Positions 18,551 to 28,929 of a stretch of DNA of 64,000 nt are shown piece by piece (positions within the stretch are counted from its first letter, which is position 1; every line of letters starts with the position of its first letter). The notes below the pieces were generated by a model that worked only from the letters and a program-made list of their open reading frames with translations, was not told the origin of the DNA and did not search any database. Source of the stretch: an uncultured Clostridium sp. (GTDB taxonomy: Bacteria > Bacillota_I > Bacilli_A > RF39 > UBA660); contig CAJKHY010000002.1 in NCBI GenBank assembly GCA_905199855.1, positions 8,571-72,570 of the forward strand, given 5' to 3'. Position numbers and translations under genes: made by a program.

Positions 18551-19994
18551 TATCCCTCCTTGCAATAATATCATGATTACCTAACTTATTAGAAATATGA
18601 TAAGCCATATTTAATACCAAACTATCTTCTTTTGCTCTACCAGTTAGATTAATAGAAATAGGCATATTATTAACATAGCCACAAGGAATAGTAATTGAAG
18701 GAAATCCTCCAAAGTTACCTATTTGTAAGTGATTTTCTAAAATTAAGTATTCTTCCGTTAACTTATCACTAGCATCTTCTAATAAAGGTGCAACAGTCCC
18801 ACATGCTGGTAAAATATATCCATCATATTTCTTAAATAAATCATTTATCTTATCAACAATTATCCTTCTCACACGACAAGCATTTAAAAATAACTTCTCT
18901 TGATTCTCCTTTTGTAAAACATAACTTCCAATAACAAACCTTCTCTTTATTAACTCACTAAAACCCTTAGTCCTAGCATCAAATATCATATCATTAATAT
19001 TATCCTTATCACTTCTAGGTCCATATAAAATACCAGTTAAATTAGCATTATTAGAAGTAGCCTCCGCACAAGAAATAATATTATAAGTAGGATATACTGC
19101 CTCGAGTAATTTTTTATCTATACTAACTTCTTCAATAATAAAACCTAATTCCCTTAATTTATCTATATTTTCCTTAAAATTCTTAATTATCTCATCGGTT
19201 TCCTTATTATTTGTTTTAACATTAATTACCTCTTTAATATAAAATAATTTTCTTCCTTTTATCTCATTATCTAAATTATCTAAATAATTAATGTTATCGT
19301 CTTCTAAACTTGTCATATCATTTGTATCTTTACCTTTTAATACATCGGTAACTATTGCCACATCCTTAACATTTCTAGCAAATATTCCCACATGATCCAA
19401 AGAAGATGCAAAAGCAAATAAACCATATCTTGAAATTCTACCATATGTAGGTTTAAAACCAACGACTCCAACGTATGAAGCTGGTTTTCTAACCGAATCT
19501 CCCGTATCAGATCCTAATGCAAAAGGAACAATGCCTGAAGCCACTGCATTAGCACTGCCAGAAGATGAGCCTCCAACCATCCTCTTTTTATCCCAAATAT
19601 TTCTTACAACACCCGTATGGCATGTCGTTCCAGTTCCACCCATAGCAAGTTCATCCAAAGTGGTTTTTCCAACCAAAACACATCCTGCATCAATTAATTT
19701 TTGATATACAGTTGAATTATAAACTGGAATATAATCTTTTAAAATATTAGAAGAAGCCGTAGTTAAAATATCCTTAGTAGAAAAATTATCTTTTAAAGCA
19801 TAAGGAATACCGTTCAACAAACTATTCTTATTAGAGGAATGCTCTAACTTATCTAAAATAGTTACAAAATTATTATAATCTCCATTAAGTTTTATTGCTA
19901 ATTCCCTTGAATTATTAAATAAATCCTCAATAGTAATTTCCTTATTATCCAGTAACTTCCTTAATTCCAAAACACTTAAATTATCATATCTCAT
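18540..19994 (-). CDS. gatA: Glutamyl-tRNA(Gln) amidotransferase subunit A (amidase family)
   Basis: 484 aa, amidase signature ...GGSSSGSANAVASG.... It sits between gatC and gatB. Confidence 0.9.
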   Translation of the reverse strand: MRYDNLSVLELRKLLDNKEITIEDLFNNSRELAIKLNGDYNNFVTILDKLEHSSNKNSLLNGIPYALKDNFSTKDILTTASSNILKDYIPVYNSTVYQKLIDAGCVLVGKTTLDELAMGGTGTTCHTGVVRNIWDKKRMVGGSSSGSANAVASGIVPFALGSDTGDSVRKPASYVGVVGFKPTYGRISRYGLFAFASSLDHVGIFARNVKDVAIVTDVLKGKDTNDMTSLEDDNINYLDNLDNEIKGRKLFYIKEVINVKTNNKETDEIIKNFKENIDKLRELGFIIEEVSIDKKLLEAVYPTYNIISCAEATSNNANLTGILYGPRSDKDNINDMIFDARTKGFSELIKRRFVIGSYVLQKENQEKLFLNACRVRRIIVDKINDLFKKYDGYILPACGTVAPLLEDASDKLTEEYLILENHLQIGNFGGFPSITIPCGYVNNMPISINLTGRAKEDSLVLNMAYHISNKLGNHDIIARRDNDV

Positions 19995-20282
19995 TTAAAC
20001 CACCCTTGGTACCTTTACTTGATCATTTTCTATTTCCTTAGCATTTTTTAACACATCTTCCCTAGTTAATACCTCGATTAAATCATCACTTCTTAATTTA
20101 ACTTCAATAGGAAAAGGCAAAACCATAGGTTCTATCTTATCAATATTATCAAATTTAGATATAATATCCATCTGTTTTAAAACAACATCAAATTCCTTTA
20201 ACAAAGTTTCATACTCCAAATCGTTCATATCAAACATTAATTTATGAGCATAATCTTTTAAATCACTAATATTTATATTCAT
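19995..20282 (-). CDS. gatC: Glutamyl-tRNA(Gln) amidotransferase subunit C
   Basis: 95 aa, MNINISDLKDYAHKLMFDMNDLEYETL... First gene of the gatCAB operon. A TTTACA-17-TACAAT promoter lies upstream on the minus strand. Confidence 0.85.
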   Translation of the reverse strand: MNINISDLKDYAHKLMFDMNDLEYETLLKEFDVVLKQMDIISKFDNIDKIEPMVLPFPIEVKLRSDDLIEVLTREDVLKNAKEIENDQVKVPRVV

Positions 20283-20463
20283 ACTCTCCTCCTTAATTAC
20301 CCTAATATTGTATCATGTATAAATTAAGTTGTAAATTAATAATATTAAATTTAAGAAAATTTACTTTCATTCACAGTTACTCACGCGTTTTAATGCATTA
20401 GAACTCCTTTTAAACATTTACTTTCTTATGATAGTATGCTAAAATTACCTAAAGGAGATTTAT

Positions 20464-21504
20464 ATGGATAAAGAAAACAATATAGAAAAAGAAATAAATA
20501 AATTCTTAAAAAATTTCTTTAGTACCACTCATAACGAAAACAAAATACTTCTTAACAACATAAAAAAAATTTATGTACTAATATCTTTTCTATGTAATAA
20601 TTTAGAAAAATTAGATATAGAAACCAAAGATTTAAGAAATAGTACTAGAAAAGATTACATAGAAAAAACACAATTAATAAATGATTTTTATAAAAGCATA
20701 GGAATAAATTTTAAAGTAAATGATATTGAAAAAAATGGAACAATAAATATTTTAGAAACAAATGAGCCCAAAGATGCTACTTCACAACTCACTTATGGCT
20801 ACAATAATTATGTTCTTTGTGAAGAAAGAAGTTTTGATCCTAAAACCAAAGAAGTCATAACAACGTGTAGAAATTATCATAAATCTATAAATGTTTATAA
20901 TAATGACTTATTAACCGATTCCATAATATGGGTTCATGAAATATCCCACTACAAAAATCAACCAGAAGAAAAAAGACATGAAGTAAATGATATCCTAACC
21001 GAATTAATCGCATACACCGAAGAGTTATTATATATTGATTACTTAGAAAATATTGGTTATGAAGAAGAAGCAAAAATATTTAAGATAAATGAATATCAAA
21101 CTTTTTATAATATCTTAAACTCTAGTTACTACATAATAAGAATAATTCTTCTTTATTATCTTTTAGGAAGTGTTTCTAAAGAAAACTATTTATTATTATA
21201 TAAAGAAGACAAAAACTATAATAAAGCACTAGAGTTATTTAATAAAAGGAAAAATGATATAAGATTATGTTATCATTATTCTATTGCTATAATCTCTTTA
21301 TATAATTATATAGAATATAAAAAGGATACAAACTTCTTAGAAAACATAAAAAGATTAAACAAAGAAATAATGACAGATATATCATTAGAAGATGTTTTAA
21401 AAATAATTAATCTAAAACCAGATAAAGAATCATTAAATAAAATATTAGATAGAATTAATATATATAAAAATAGTCTTTTAGATGAAAAGAAAAAGATAAA
21501 ATAA
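20464..21504 (+). CDS. Hypothetical protein with HExxH motif (possible Zn-metallopeptidase-like)
   Basis: 346 aa. WVHEISHY ... TELIAYTEELLY pattern (HExxH plus a downstream Glu). No confident family assignment. Confidence 0.35.
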   Translation: MDKENNIEKEINKFLKNFFSTTHNENKILLNNIKKIYVLISFLCNNLEKLDIETKDLRNSTRKDYIEKTQLINDFYKSIGINFKVNDIEKNGTINILETNEPKDATSQLTYGYNNYVLCEERSFDPKTKEVITTCRNYHKSINVYNNDLLTDSIIWVHEISHYKNQPEEKRHEVNDILTELIAYTEELLYIDYLENIGYEEEAKIFKINEYQTFYNILNSSYYIIRIILLYYLLGSVSKENYLLLYKEDKNYNKALELFNKRKNDIRLCYHYSIAIISLYNYIEYKKDTNFLENIKRLNKEIMTDISLEDVLKIINLKPDKESLNKILDRINIYKNSLLDEKKKIK

Positions 21505-21615
21505 TAACTACATATGAGACAATATTATGATATTGTCTCTTTTTATTTTAATATTACAACTTACTACTTGACAATGCATAGTAGTCGGTTATATAATATA
21601 GATGAAAGGAGAATT

Positions 21616-21945
21616 ATGGATACTCAATTTAAAAAAGGTGTATTAGAATTAATTGTATTAAGCCTAGTAAAAGAACAAGATATATATGGATATGAGTTAG
21701 TTCAACAAGTTAGCAAGATTATTGATGTTAACGAAGGGACAATATATCCCCTTTTAAAAAGATTAACTAATGAATTTTACTTTGAAACATATTATCAAGA
21801 GTCCAGTGGTGGGCCTGCTAGAAAATACTACACTATTACAGATAAAGGAATAGTTAGATATAATGAATTATATAATAGTTGGAAATTATTTAATAAGAAA
21901 GTAAATGATTTTTTAGAAAGTGGTGAAAAAAATGAAAAAAAATGA
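21616..21945 (+). CDS. PadR-family transcriptional regulator
   Basis: MDTQFKKGVLELIVLSLVKEQDIYGYELVQQVSKIIDVNEGTIYPLLKRLTNE... is a PadR winged helix. The ribosome-binding site AGGAG precedes the ATG at 21616. The tracked start at 21514 is an extension. Confidence 0.85.
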   Translation: MDTQFKKGVLELIVLSLVKEQDIYGYELVQQVSKIIDVNEGTIYPLLKRLTNEFYFETYYQESSGGPARKYYTITDKGIVRYNELYNSWKLFNKKVNDFLESGEKNEKK

Positions 21946-22786
21946 GTTTTTTAACGAATTAAGAAAGAAATTAAAAATTTTAAAAAAAGAAGAAGTAGAA
22001 GATATTATCAGAGAATATGAAGATAATATCAATGAAAAGATAAAAAATGGTTATAGTGAGGAAGATGCCATTAAAAGCTTTGGAAACATCGATGAATTAT
22101 GTAATGAAATACTTGATGCTTACAAAATATCTTATGAAAATACCAATAGTTTTGAAGATGTAGTCAGTAATTATGTCAGCAAGATATCTAATTGGCTTAA
22201 AGATATTATATCTAATTTTAGTAATCATACTGCCGAAGAAATATTAAATATAATCTTCAAAGTTTTTGCTATCATCATTCTAATATTTATTTTAAGATTA
22301 CCCTACTACTTAATACTAGGTATTGGACATATGATTTTAGAAATATTTCCTAGTCCTATAGATGATATATTAACCTTTCTATGGACTCTAGTGCTAGAAA
22401 TATCTTATATTATTATTGCTATTATGATGTTTATGAGTATATTTAAAAAGAATAAAAAAGAAAAGAAAATAAAAATTAAAGAAGATAAACCTGTTTTTGA
22501 AAATGTTAAAGTTAAAAACAAAAAAGAAACAACTAACGATAATAGTATTCTAAAATTCTTTATATCATTTGGAATATTTGTAGCAAAGGTATTCTCTATC
22601 TTCTTAGTAGCCCCATTGGTATTATTGCTAATATTTGCTTTAATATGTTTAGGCTTAGTAATTAGTTTTATCTTTGATAGTGTATTTCTTTTAGGACCAA
22701 TAATTACTATTTTAGGTTTTGTTATCTTTCTAATTTCAATAATAATGTTTATTGTAAAATATATATTTAAAAGAGAGGTTAAATAA
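21932..22786 (+). CDS. DUF1700-family membrane protein (PadR-associated)
   Basis: N-terminus NEFFNELRKKLKILKKEEVEDIIREYEDNINEKIKNGYSEEDAIKSFGNIDEL matches the DUF1700 consensus, followed by TM segments. It overlaps the padR stop. Confidence 0.7.
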   Translation: MKKNEFFNELRKKLKILKKEEVEDIIREYEDNINEKIKNGYSEEDAIKSFGNIDELCNEILDAYKISYENTNSFEDVVSNYVSKISNWLKDIISNFSNHTAEEILNIIFKVFAIIILIFILRLPYYLILGIGHMILEIFPSPIDDILTFLWTLVLEISYIIIAIMMFMSIFKKNKKEKKIKIKEDKPVFENVKVKNKKETTNDNSILKFFISFGIFVAKVFSIFLVAPLVLLLIFALICLGLVISFIFDSVFLLGPIITILGFVIFLISIIMFIVKYIFKREVK

Positions 22787-22788
22787 AT

Positions 22789-23238
22789 ATGAAAAAAATT
22801 TTAATTAGTATGTTAATTAGTATGATTCTAATTGGTTTAGGAATTGGTATTAGTATATTTGAATTCATGCAATGTAATTATTTAGATAACGTTCCTAATC
22901 AATATGAAAAAAACATTGAAGAGATAAATACTGATACAGATAAGTTTAATAATATTGTTATTTATAATTCCAGTTATGGAATTGATAAAGTTATTGATGA
23001 TAATATCGATGGAATTAAAGTTGTTGTTAGTTATTATCCTGATTATATGAAATATAATTATCATATAGTGGATAATTGCTTATACATAGATATGGAAAAT
23101 ATCTATAACATCAATAATAGTTATAAAATAGTTAAAAAAATGATAAATGATAAAGAATTCTTTAATCTAAATAAATTAGAAAATATTGACATCACCATTT
23201 ATGGTAAAAGTGAAGTTTTAGAAAAATTAAGCATATAA
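22789..23238 (+). CDS. Hypothetical membrane-anchored protein, third gene of the PadR module
   Basis: N-terminal TM, 149 aa, begins 3 nt after the previous stop. Confidence 0.4.
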   Translation: MKKILISMLISMILIGLGIGISIFEFMQCNYLDNVPNQYEKNIEEINTDTDKFNNIVIYNSSYGIDKVIDDNIDGIKVVVSYYPDYMKYNYHIVDNCLYIDMENIYNINNSYKIVKKMINDKEFFNLNKLENIDITIYGKSEVLEKLSI

Positions 23239-23480
23239 AAAGGAATCAATTGATGTGAACCTCAAAGGGGAAACATCAAAATGATTCTTTTTTACTTTCT
23301 CCAAGTTATATTATTAATTATTTAAATCCCTCTTCTTCTAAAGCTATGCCTATTGAATAAATATTATGCATTGTTCCACTTAATCCTATCTAAATTTGTA
23401 TCTACATTTGTTTTAACATTAATATTTAAATAAGTAAAATTAATTTGACATAAACAAAAAAAAACTAGAAAACTAGTCTT

Positions 23481-24755
23481 TTATTTTATCTTACGACATT
23501 CTAAATAATATCTCTTATCATAACTATGTCCCATTGAGAATGTTTTCCTTGGTAATGCTCCATCTAGGATAACCGTTCTAAATAATTCATTTTTAGGCAT
23601 AGCAGGAAGCAAGAAAGCAACATTACCTTTTTCACTTCCAAGTTTAATCGTAGCATCATCATCATGAATATAATCTATTTTAGTTTCAGGATGATTTTTC
23701 AAATAATTATCTAAGAAACTTTGTAATGTACCTACCGCTAAATTAGAATTAGTACATGATCTTTTTACATATAATACTTTTCTTTCACCTTCACATACAT
23801 ATTCAATTCTTTGTCCCTCAGTATCATTCTCGTCAATATGATAACAATTCTTAAATTCAGTTAATAATCCATCTGCATCTACATTAAACAAAACACGATG
23901 TATTGGTTCAAACTCTAATGCTTCACTGTGAAGATTTACCACTTCTACTAAAGCATAACGAGCAGGATGATTTAAATATTCTTCCTCGCTTAATGTCTCT
24001 TTTAACTTTTCGTAGTGAGCCTTGGCAGTAGCCAAAGAATGATTACCATCTCCTACTGAGAACAACAATACTGGTTTATCAGTAACATTATATTTCTTCT
24101 CAAATGTTTCCTTATCTTTAAAAGCTTCTAATTTATTAAATATTTCTTCAATTAGATTATCTTTTAATTTATAACCCTTAACATGTCCACCCTTTAACAT
24201 CAAATCAAAATCATATATCTTATCTTCTTCACCTACACGTTCATTTAAATTATCAATAATTTCTTTCTTTGGATCATCGATTAATAACATAACATGTGGT
24301 GTTTCTAATAAAGCATTTTCTCTTACTCTTAATCTAGGTGGAATTCTATCAACCACAGTCTTTTCAGTAGCCTTAATTAAACTAGTAGAATCAGCTAAAT
24401 ATGAATAATCTTCTAAATCGACCATTCCAATTATTCCTTTTCTAACCCTGCCATCATCTTGAGTTCTTTCTAAATAAATTAAACTATCCTTATATTCAGT
24501 AAAATTGCCACTTTGAAGTAGAGCTTCCATATTTTCATTTATTCTTTTTATCTTATCAAATACATCATTATCATTCAAATATATTTCAGGTAAAGTTATA
24601 TTTAAAGTAGATGGACTATTACCTACTATTTCCTTTACCTTATCCCAGTATTCATTTTGTGATGTGTATTGATCACAAGCAATAACACTCCACTTAGTCA
24701 TATCCACATCATGTGGTATTAAAATATTTGCTTTCTTTAATGGTATCATTTTCAT
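23481..24755 (-). CDS. DUF1015 domain-containing protein
   Basis: 424 aa. The N-terminal MKMIPLKKANILIPHDVDMTKWSVIACDQYTS pattern and the length resemble the DUF1015 family. Confidence 0.5.
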   Translation of the reverse strand: MKMIPLKKANILIPHDVDMTKWSVIACDQYTSQNEYWDKVKEIVGNSPSTLNITLPEIYLNDNDVFDKIKRINENMEALLQSGNFTEYKDSLIYLERTQDDGRVRKGIIGMVDLEDYSYLADSTSLIKATEKTVVDRIPPRLRVRENALLETPHVMLLIDDPKKEIIDNLNERVGEEDKIYDFDLMLKGGHVKGYKLKDNLIEEIFNKLEAFKDKETFEKKYNVTDKPVLLFSVGDGNHSLATAKAHYEKLKETLSEEEYLNHPARYALVEVVNLHSEALEFEPIHRVLFNVDADGLLTEFKNCYHIDENDTEGQRIEYVCEGERKVLYVKRSCTNSNLAVGTLQSFLDNYLKNHPETKIDYIHDDDATIKLGSEKGNVAFLLPAMPKNELFRTVILDGALPRKTFSMGHSYDKRYYLECRKIK

Positions 24756-24765
24756 TTCCTCTTTC

Positions 24766-25989
24766 CTATTTATTTATTTTCTCATTAATTCGCATTAATC
24801 TATTATATTTACAAATACGTTCACCCCTTGACATTGAACCAGTTTTTATTTGTCCAAGGTTTAAACCTACCGCAAAATCTGCAATAGAAGTATCTTCTGT
24901 TTCACCACTTCTATGTGAGATTATAGTACTATATTTATTCCTCTTTGCTAGTAATATTGTTTCTATAGCCTCAGTAACTGTTCCTATTTGATTTAATTTT
25001 ATTAAAACAGCATTAGCCATATGTTTTTCTATTCCTACTTCTAATAACTTTTTATTAGTTACAAACAAATCGTCTCCAACTAACTGAATCCTATCCCCCA
25101 GTTTTTCAGTTAATAATTGCCAACCTTCGTAGTCATCTTCAGCCATGCCATCTTCGATTGAAACAATAGGAAACTTTTCCGTAATATACTCATAGAACTC
25201 AACCATTTGCTCTTTTTTTCTATTCTTTCCTTCAAATGAATATACTCCATTATTATAAAATTCACTCGCAGCGACATCCAAAGCTAAATATACATCTTTA
25301 CCTGGTACATAACCTGCTGCCTTAATCGCATCCATGATTAAATTTAATGCTTCAAGAGTACTATTTATATTTGGAGCAAATCCGCCTTCGTCTCCTACTC
25401 CTGTACTTAACCTCTCCGTTTTAAGTATTTGTTTCAAACTATGAAACACCTCAGAGCCAATTCTAACATTCTCGTCGATTTCTTTATGCATTGGAATAAT
25501 CATAAATTCTTGACAATCCAAACCATTATCGGCATGCGCACCACCATTTAAAATATTCATCATCATTCTTGGCATATAAGTGCCACGCCCAATATACTCA
25601 AATAATTCTTTCTTAGCAGTTTTGCTACTAGCCTTTAAACACGCTAAAGACACTGCTAAAATAGCATTAGCCCCAAGGACTTCCTTATTTGGAGTACCAT
25701 CTAAGTTAATCATTAACTCATCAATTTCCTTTTGATTTTGAACATCTAATCCAATTAATCTAGGTTTAATAATATCATTAACATTAGATACTGCTTTTAA
25801 AACACCCTTACCAAGATATCTATTCATATCATTATCTCTTAGTTCTAAAGCTTCATGTACTCCAGTCGAGGCTCCAGATGGAACACTTGCCGTAGCCTCA
25901 GTATTGTCTTCTAAGATAACTGTTGCTTCAACCGTAGGATTGCCCCGTGAATCTAATATTTCTCTTGCAATAATATTCTTTATTTTCAT
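24766..25989 (-). CDS. eno: Enolase (phosphopyruvate hydratase)
   Basis: MKIKNIIAREILDSRGNPTVEATV... is classic enolase. The ATG at 25989 follows the ribosome-binding site GGTGATAGGA. The tracked start is a TTG. Confidence 0.95.
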   Translation of the reverse strand: MKIKNIIAREILDSRGNPTVEATVILEDNTEATASVPSGASTGVHEALELRDNDMNRYLGKGVLKAVSNVNDIIKPRLIGLDVQNQKEIDELMINLDGTPNKEVLGANAILAVSLACLKASSKTAKKELFEYIGRGTYMPRMMMNILNGGAHADNGLDCQEFMIIPMHKEIDENVRIGSEVFHSLKQILKTERLSTGVGDEGGFAPNINSTLEALNLIMDAIKAAGYVPGKDVYLALDVAASEFYNNGVYSFEGKNRKKEQMVEFYEYITEKFPIVSIEDGMAEDDYEGWQLLTEKLGDRIQLVGDDLFVTNKKLLEVGIEKHMANAVLIKLNQIGTVTEAIETILLAKRNKYSTIISHRSGETEDTSIADFAVGLNLGQIKTGSMSRGERICKYNRLMRINEKINK

Positions 25990-26064
25990 TCCTATCACCA
26001 AATTTATTATACTATTTATTTTTACTTTTTTCTATGCTTATTTTATTATTTATTTTTTTTGACA

Positions 26065-27294
26065 TTATTTAATATCTTTAAGTGGATGCTTTTGAGTAAG
26101 AACTAAAACTTTTTTCTTACAATTAGTAAGTACTTCCTCACTATCTTTATTTCTTAAAGCCATCATAATAATATCTGCAACCTCTTTAACATCATTATTA
26201 TTAAACCCTCTAGTAGTAATAGCCGGAGTCCCTATTCTTATCCCACTTGTAACTGTTGGTTTCTCATGGTCATATGGTATAGTATTCTTATTAACCGTAA
26301 TACAAATACTATCAAGAATATTTTCAGCTTCAATTCCTGTTAGACCAAAACTATTCTTTACATCGATTAACATTAAATGATTCTCAGTATCATTAGATAC
26401 AATTCTAACATTATTTTGTTTAAATTCTTCACACATTGTTTTTGCATTAATTAAAACATTTTTAATATATTCTTTATATTCTAAAGTCATAGCTTCATAA
26501 AAGCACTCTGCCTTTGCCCCGATTACATGCATTAAAGGCCCTCCCTGAATACCTGGAAATATAACTTTATTTATTTTTTTAATTATTTCTTCATTGTTAG
26601 TTAAAATAAATCCTCCACGTGGTCCTCTTAAAGTTTTATGTGTTGTTGAAGTTACCACATCAGCATATGGTAATGGTTGTTCATGATAACCCGTGGCAAT
26701 CAATCCAGCAATATGGGACATATCCACCATCAAATAAGCACCACATTTATCACAGATACTCCTAAATCTTTTAAAATCGATTTTGCCTGAATATGCACTG
26801 AAACCAGCAATAATCATTTTAGGTTTCTCTCTTAAAGCCACTTCCTCAATAATATCATAATCTAATTTTTCGGTATGTTCATTTAAATTATAAAATACTG
26901 AATCATAATCAATACCACTGAAGTTCACTTTACTACCATGAGTTAAATGTCCTCCGTGTGATAAATTTAATCCCAAAACCTTATCCTTATTATTAAGTAA
27001 AGCCCTGTAAACTGCCATATTAGCGGATGAACCACTGTGAGGTTGAACATTTGCATATTTAGCATTAAATAATTTACAAGCATATTCAATGGCCTTTTTT
27101 TCAAATATATCAACATATTCACAACCACCATAATATCTATGGTCAGGATATCCTTCAGCATATTTATTAGTTAATATACTACCCTGTAATTTCTTAATAT
27201 CATTAGATACATAATTCTCAGACGCAATTAACTCAATATTATTTTCTTGTCTTATGTCTTCTTTTTTCAATGCAGTTTCTAATATTCTATCCAT
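26065..27294 (-). CDS. glyA: Serine hydroxymethyltransferase
   Basis: 409 aa. The PLP-binding region ...VVTSTTHKTLRGPRGG... is the SHMT family. Confidence 0.95.
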   Translation of the reverse strand: MDRILETALKKEDIRQENNIELIASENYVSNDIKKLQGSILTNKYAEGYPDHRYYGGCEYVDIFEKKAIEYACKLFNAKYANVQPHSGSSANMAVYRALLNNKDKVLGLNLSHGGHLTHGSKVNFSGIDYDSVFYNLNEHTEKLDYDIIEEVALREKPKMIIAGFSAYSGKIDFKRFRSICDKCGAYLMVDMSHIAGLIATGYHEQPLPYADVVTSTTHKTLRGPRGGFILTNNEEIIKKINKVIFPGIQGGPLMHVIGAKAECFYEAMTLEYKEYIKNVLINAKTMCEEFKQNNVRIVSNDTENHLMLIDVKNSFGLTGIEAENILDSICITVNKNTIPYDHEKPTVTSGIRIGTPAITTRGFNNNDVKEVADIIMMALRNKDSEEVLTNCKKKVLVLTQKHPLKDIK

Positions 27295-27420
27295 TATCTA
27301 TACCTCCTAACAACTATTATACAACAAAATATTTTATTTTTTTAAAATAATTATTAAATATGTAAATAATTAGATATTTTTTTGCCTTTGCTACGCTGTT
27401 ATCCTATCAATATATTAGTG

Positions 27421-27450
27421 CAAAAGAAAAACCCTTGATAAACAAGGGAT
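27421..27450 (-). terminator. Intrinsic terminator downstream of tRNA-Arg
   Basis: CCCTTG-ataaa-CAAGGG hairpin followed on the minus strand by UUUUUCUUUUG. Confidence 0.6.
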
Positions 27451-27460
27451 AAATCTCATA

Positions 27461-27537
27461 TGGCGTCCCCAGAAGGATTCGAACCTTCGACCGCACGCTT
27501 AGAAGGCGTGTGCTCTATCCAGCTGAGCTATGAGGAC
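27461..27537 (-). tRNA. tRNA-Arg (anticodon UCU)
   Basis: The reverse complement GTCCTCATAGCTCAGCTGGATAGAGCACACGCCTTCTAAGCGTGCGGTCGAAGGTTCGAATCCTTCTGGGGACGCCA folds as a cloverleaf. The anticodon loop CUUCUAA gives UCU. TTCGAAT is the T-loop. CCA is encoded. A TATAAT lies about 28 nt upstream. Confidence 0.9.
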
Positions 27538-27586
27538 AGTATGTCTCTTTTTAAAGAACATACTCATTATACATCATTTTTTTTAA

Positions 27587-28555
27587 TTATTCAATATCTT
27601 TTGTAACAATTTTTGTAATTTCTTCATTTTCTACTAAAAATATAACCTCTTTAACATCATAATTTTCTTGTATAGACATACTTATTGTATATAATACCTC
27701 TTCTAAAATACTACTACCTGTAATATCACTTAAAATCATATTATTAAAATTTAACTTAATAGTATTATCATTTATTTCATAACTAAGTAACTTAGTACTA
27801 ACATTTAAAAAACTCATTAAATTACTCTCATATATTGGAGCACTAGTTAATTCCTCAATTATTATCTTAACCTTATCTTGATTAGTATTATTAATATACT
27901 TAGTAACTGGTACATAATAATAATTATCATTAAACTCACTTAAATAATATAGTGTATAACTATCTATATTCTTAGTATTACTAATATCATATACCTTATT
28001 AACACCATAATTCTTATCTAAAAACGTAGGAATATTCTTCTTACTATTAGGTAACTTAGTTAATGGTTTACCCTCTACATAAATAATTAACCCATTTATA
28101 CCATCTATACTAGTTAAAGTATAAGTAAGTGATTCTATCATCTTTTCCTCATATTTTTTATTAACATCTAAAATTTCCTTTGAAAAATCTATTTTTAATA
28201 TTTCATTTTCTAAAGATATATTCAATACCTTAGTCCCACTTGGAATAACACTCTTAAATCCATTTGGAATAATATCACTTTTTTTACCATCTATAGTTAA
28301 ACTCTCAATTAAATAAGAACTTTTTTCTACTAAATCGTCACATTTACAACCCCCTATATTAGTCTTAGATACATAATCATTACTATCTAATAAATAAATT
28401 ACCTCCAAGTTATTAGTATAAACATAATCTAATTTTTGATTGATATTAAGAGTTTTTTCTTCTTCCTTATTAGAAGGAATTAAATATATTAAAAGTAATA
28501 CAAACAAAGTTAAACTACTAATAATTATTTTCCTAATAGACATTTTCCTAAGCAT
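27587..28555 (-). CDS. Secreted/lipo-protein, possibly a GerM-like (GerMN-domain) sporulation/germination protein
   Basis: Signal anchor. 322 aa with two similar halves. It sits downstream of spoIIP and a small membrane protein, as in Bacillus gpr-spoIIP-yqxA neighbourhoods. Assignment is by architecture only. Confidence 0.35.
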   Translation of the reverse strand: MLRKMSIRKIIISSLTLFVLLLIYLIPSNKEEEKTLNINQKLDYVYTNNLEVIYLLDSNDYVSKTNIGGCKCDDLVEKSSYLIESLTIDGKKSDIIPNGFKSVIPSGTKVLNISLENEILKIDFSKEILDVNKKYEEKMIESLTYTLTSIDGINGLIIYVEGKPLTKLPNSKKNIPTFLDKNYGVNKVYDISNTKNIDSYTLYYLSEFNDNYYYVPVTKYINNTNQDKVKIIIEELTSAPIYESNLMSFLNVSTKLLSYEINDNTIKLNFNNMILSDITGSSILEEVLYTISMSIQENYDVKEVIFLVENEEITKIVTKDIE

Positions 28556-28590
28556 AATGCACCTCTTAATAAAATATATGAATTATTTTT

Positions 28591-28929
28591 TTATTTATTA
28601 TCTTTATCATCACTTACTAATTTATCTATTATCTTAAAGACCCCTTCAACCCCTTTCTTAAAATAAATATTTATCTTTTTACTAGTATTAAAACACGTAT
28701 TAGTAAGTTTATTCTTATAACTCTTTTCTGTACTCTCTAAATAATCAGTTATATCTAAATTCTTATTATTTTTAACATCATTTTCAAATTCCTTAATCTT
28801 CTCACTAGTTAAAACAGTTCTCTTCCTCACATGATATTCATAATAACCACTTTCACTAGCAAAAAAGATAAATATATATAAAACAAGTAAAATAATAAAA
28901 ATATCTTTGATTATTTTATTCTTATTCAT
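28591..28929 (-). CDS. Small membrane protein (YqxA-like position downstream of spoIIP)
   Basis: 112 aa, one N-terminal TM. It overlaps the spoIIP stop by 4 nt. Confidence 0.35.
   Translation of the reverse strand: MNKNKIIKDIFIILLVLYIFIFFASESGYYEYHVRKRTVLTSEKIKEFENDVKNNKNLDITDYLESTEKSYKNKLTNTCFNTSKKINIYFKKGVEGVFKIIDKLVSDDKDNK

Noticed and set aside
27538-27586. Imperfect palindrome AGTATGT...ACATACT just upstream of tRNA-Arg
   Set aside because: It overlaps the expected tRNA leader/promoter region and has a mismatched stem. It is most likely coincidental or part of the RNase P leader.
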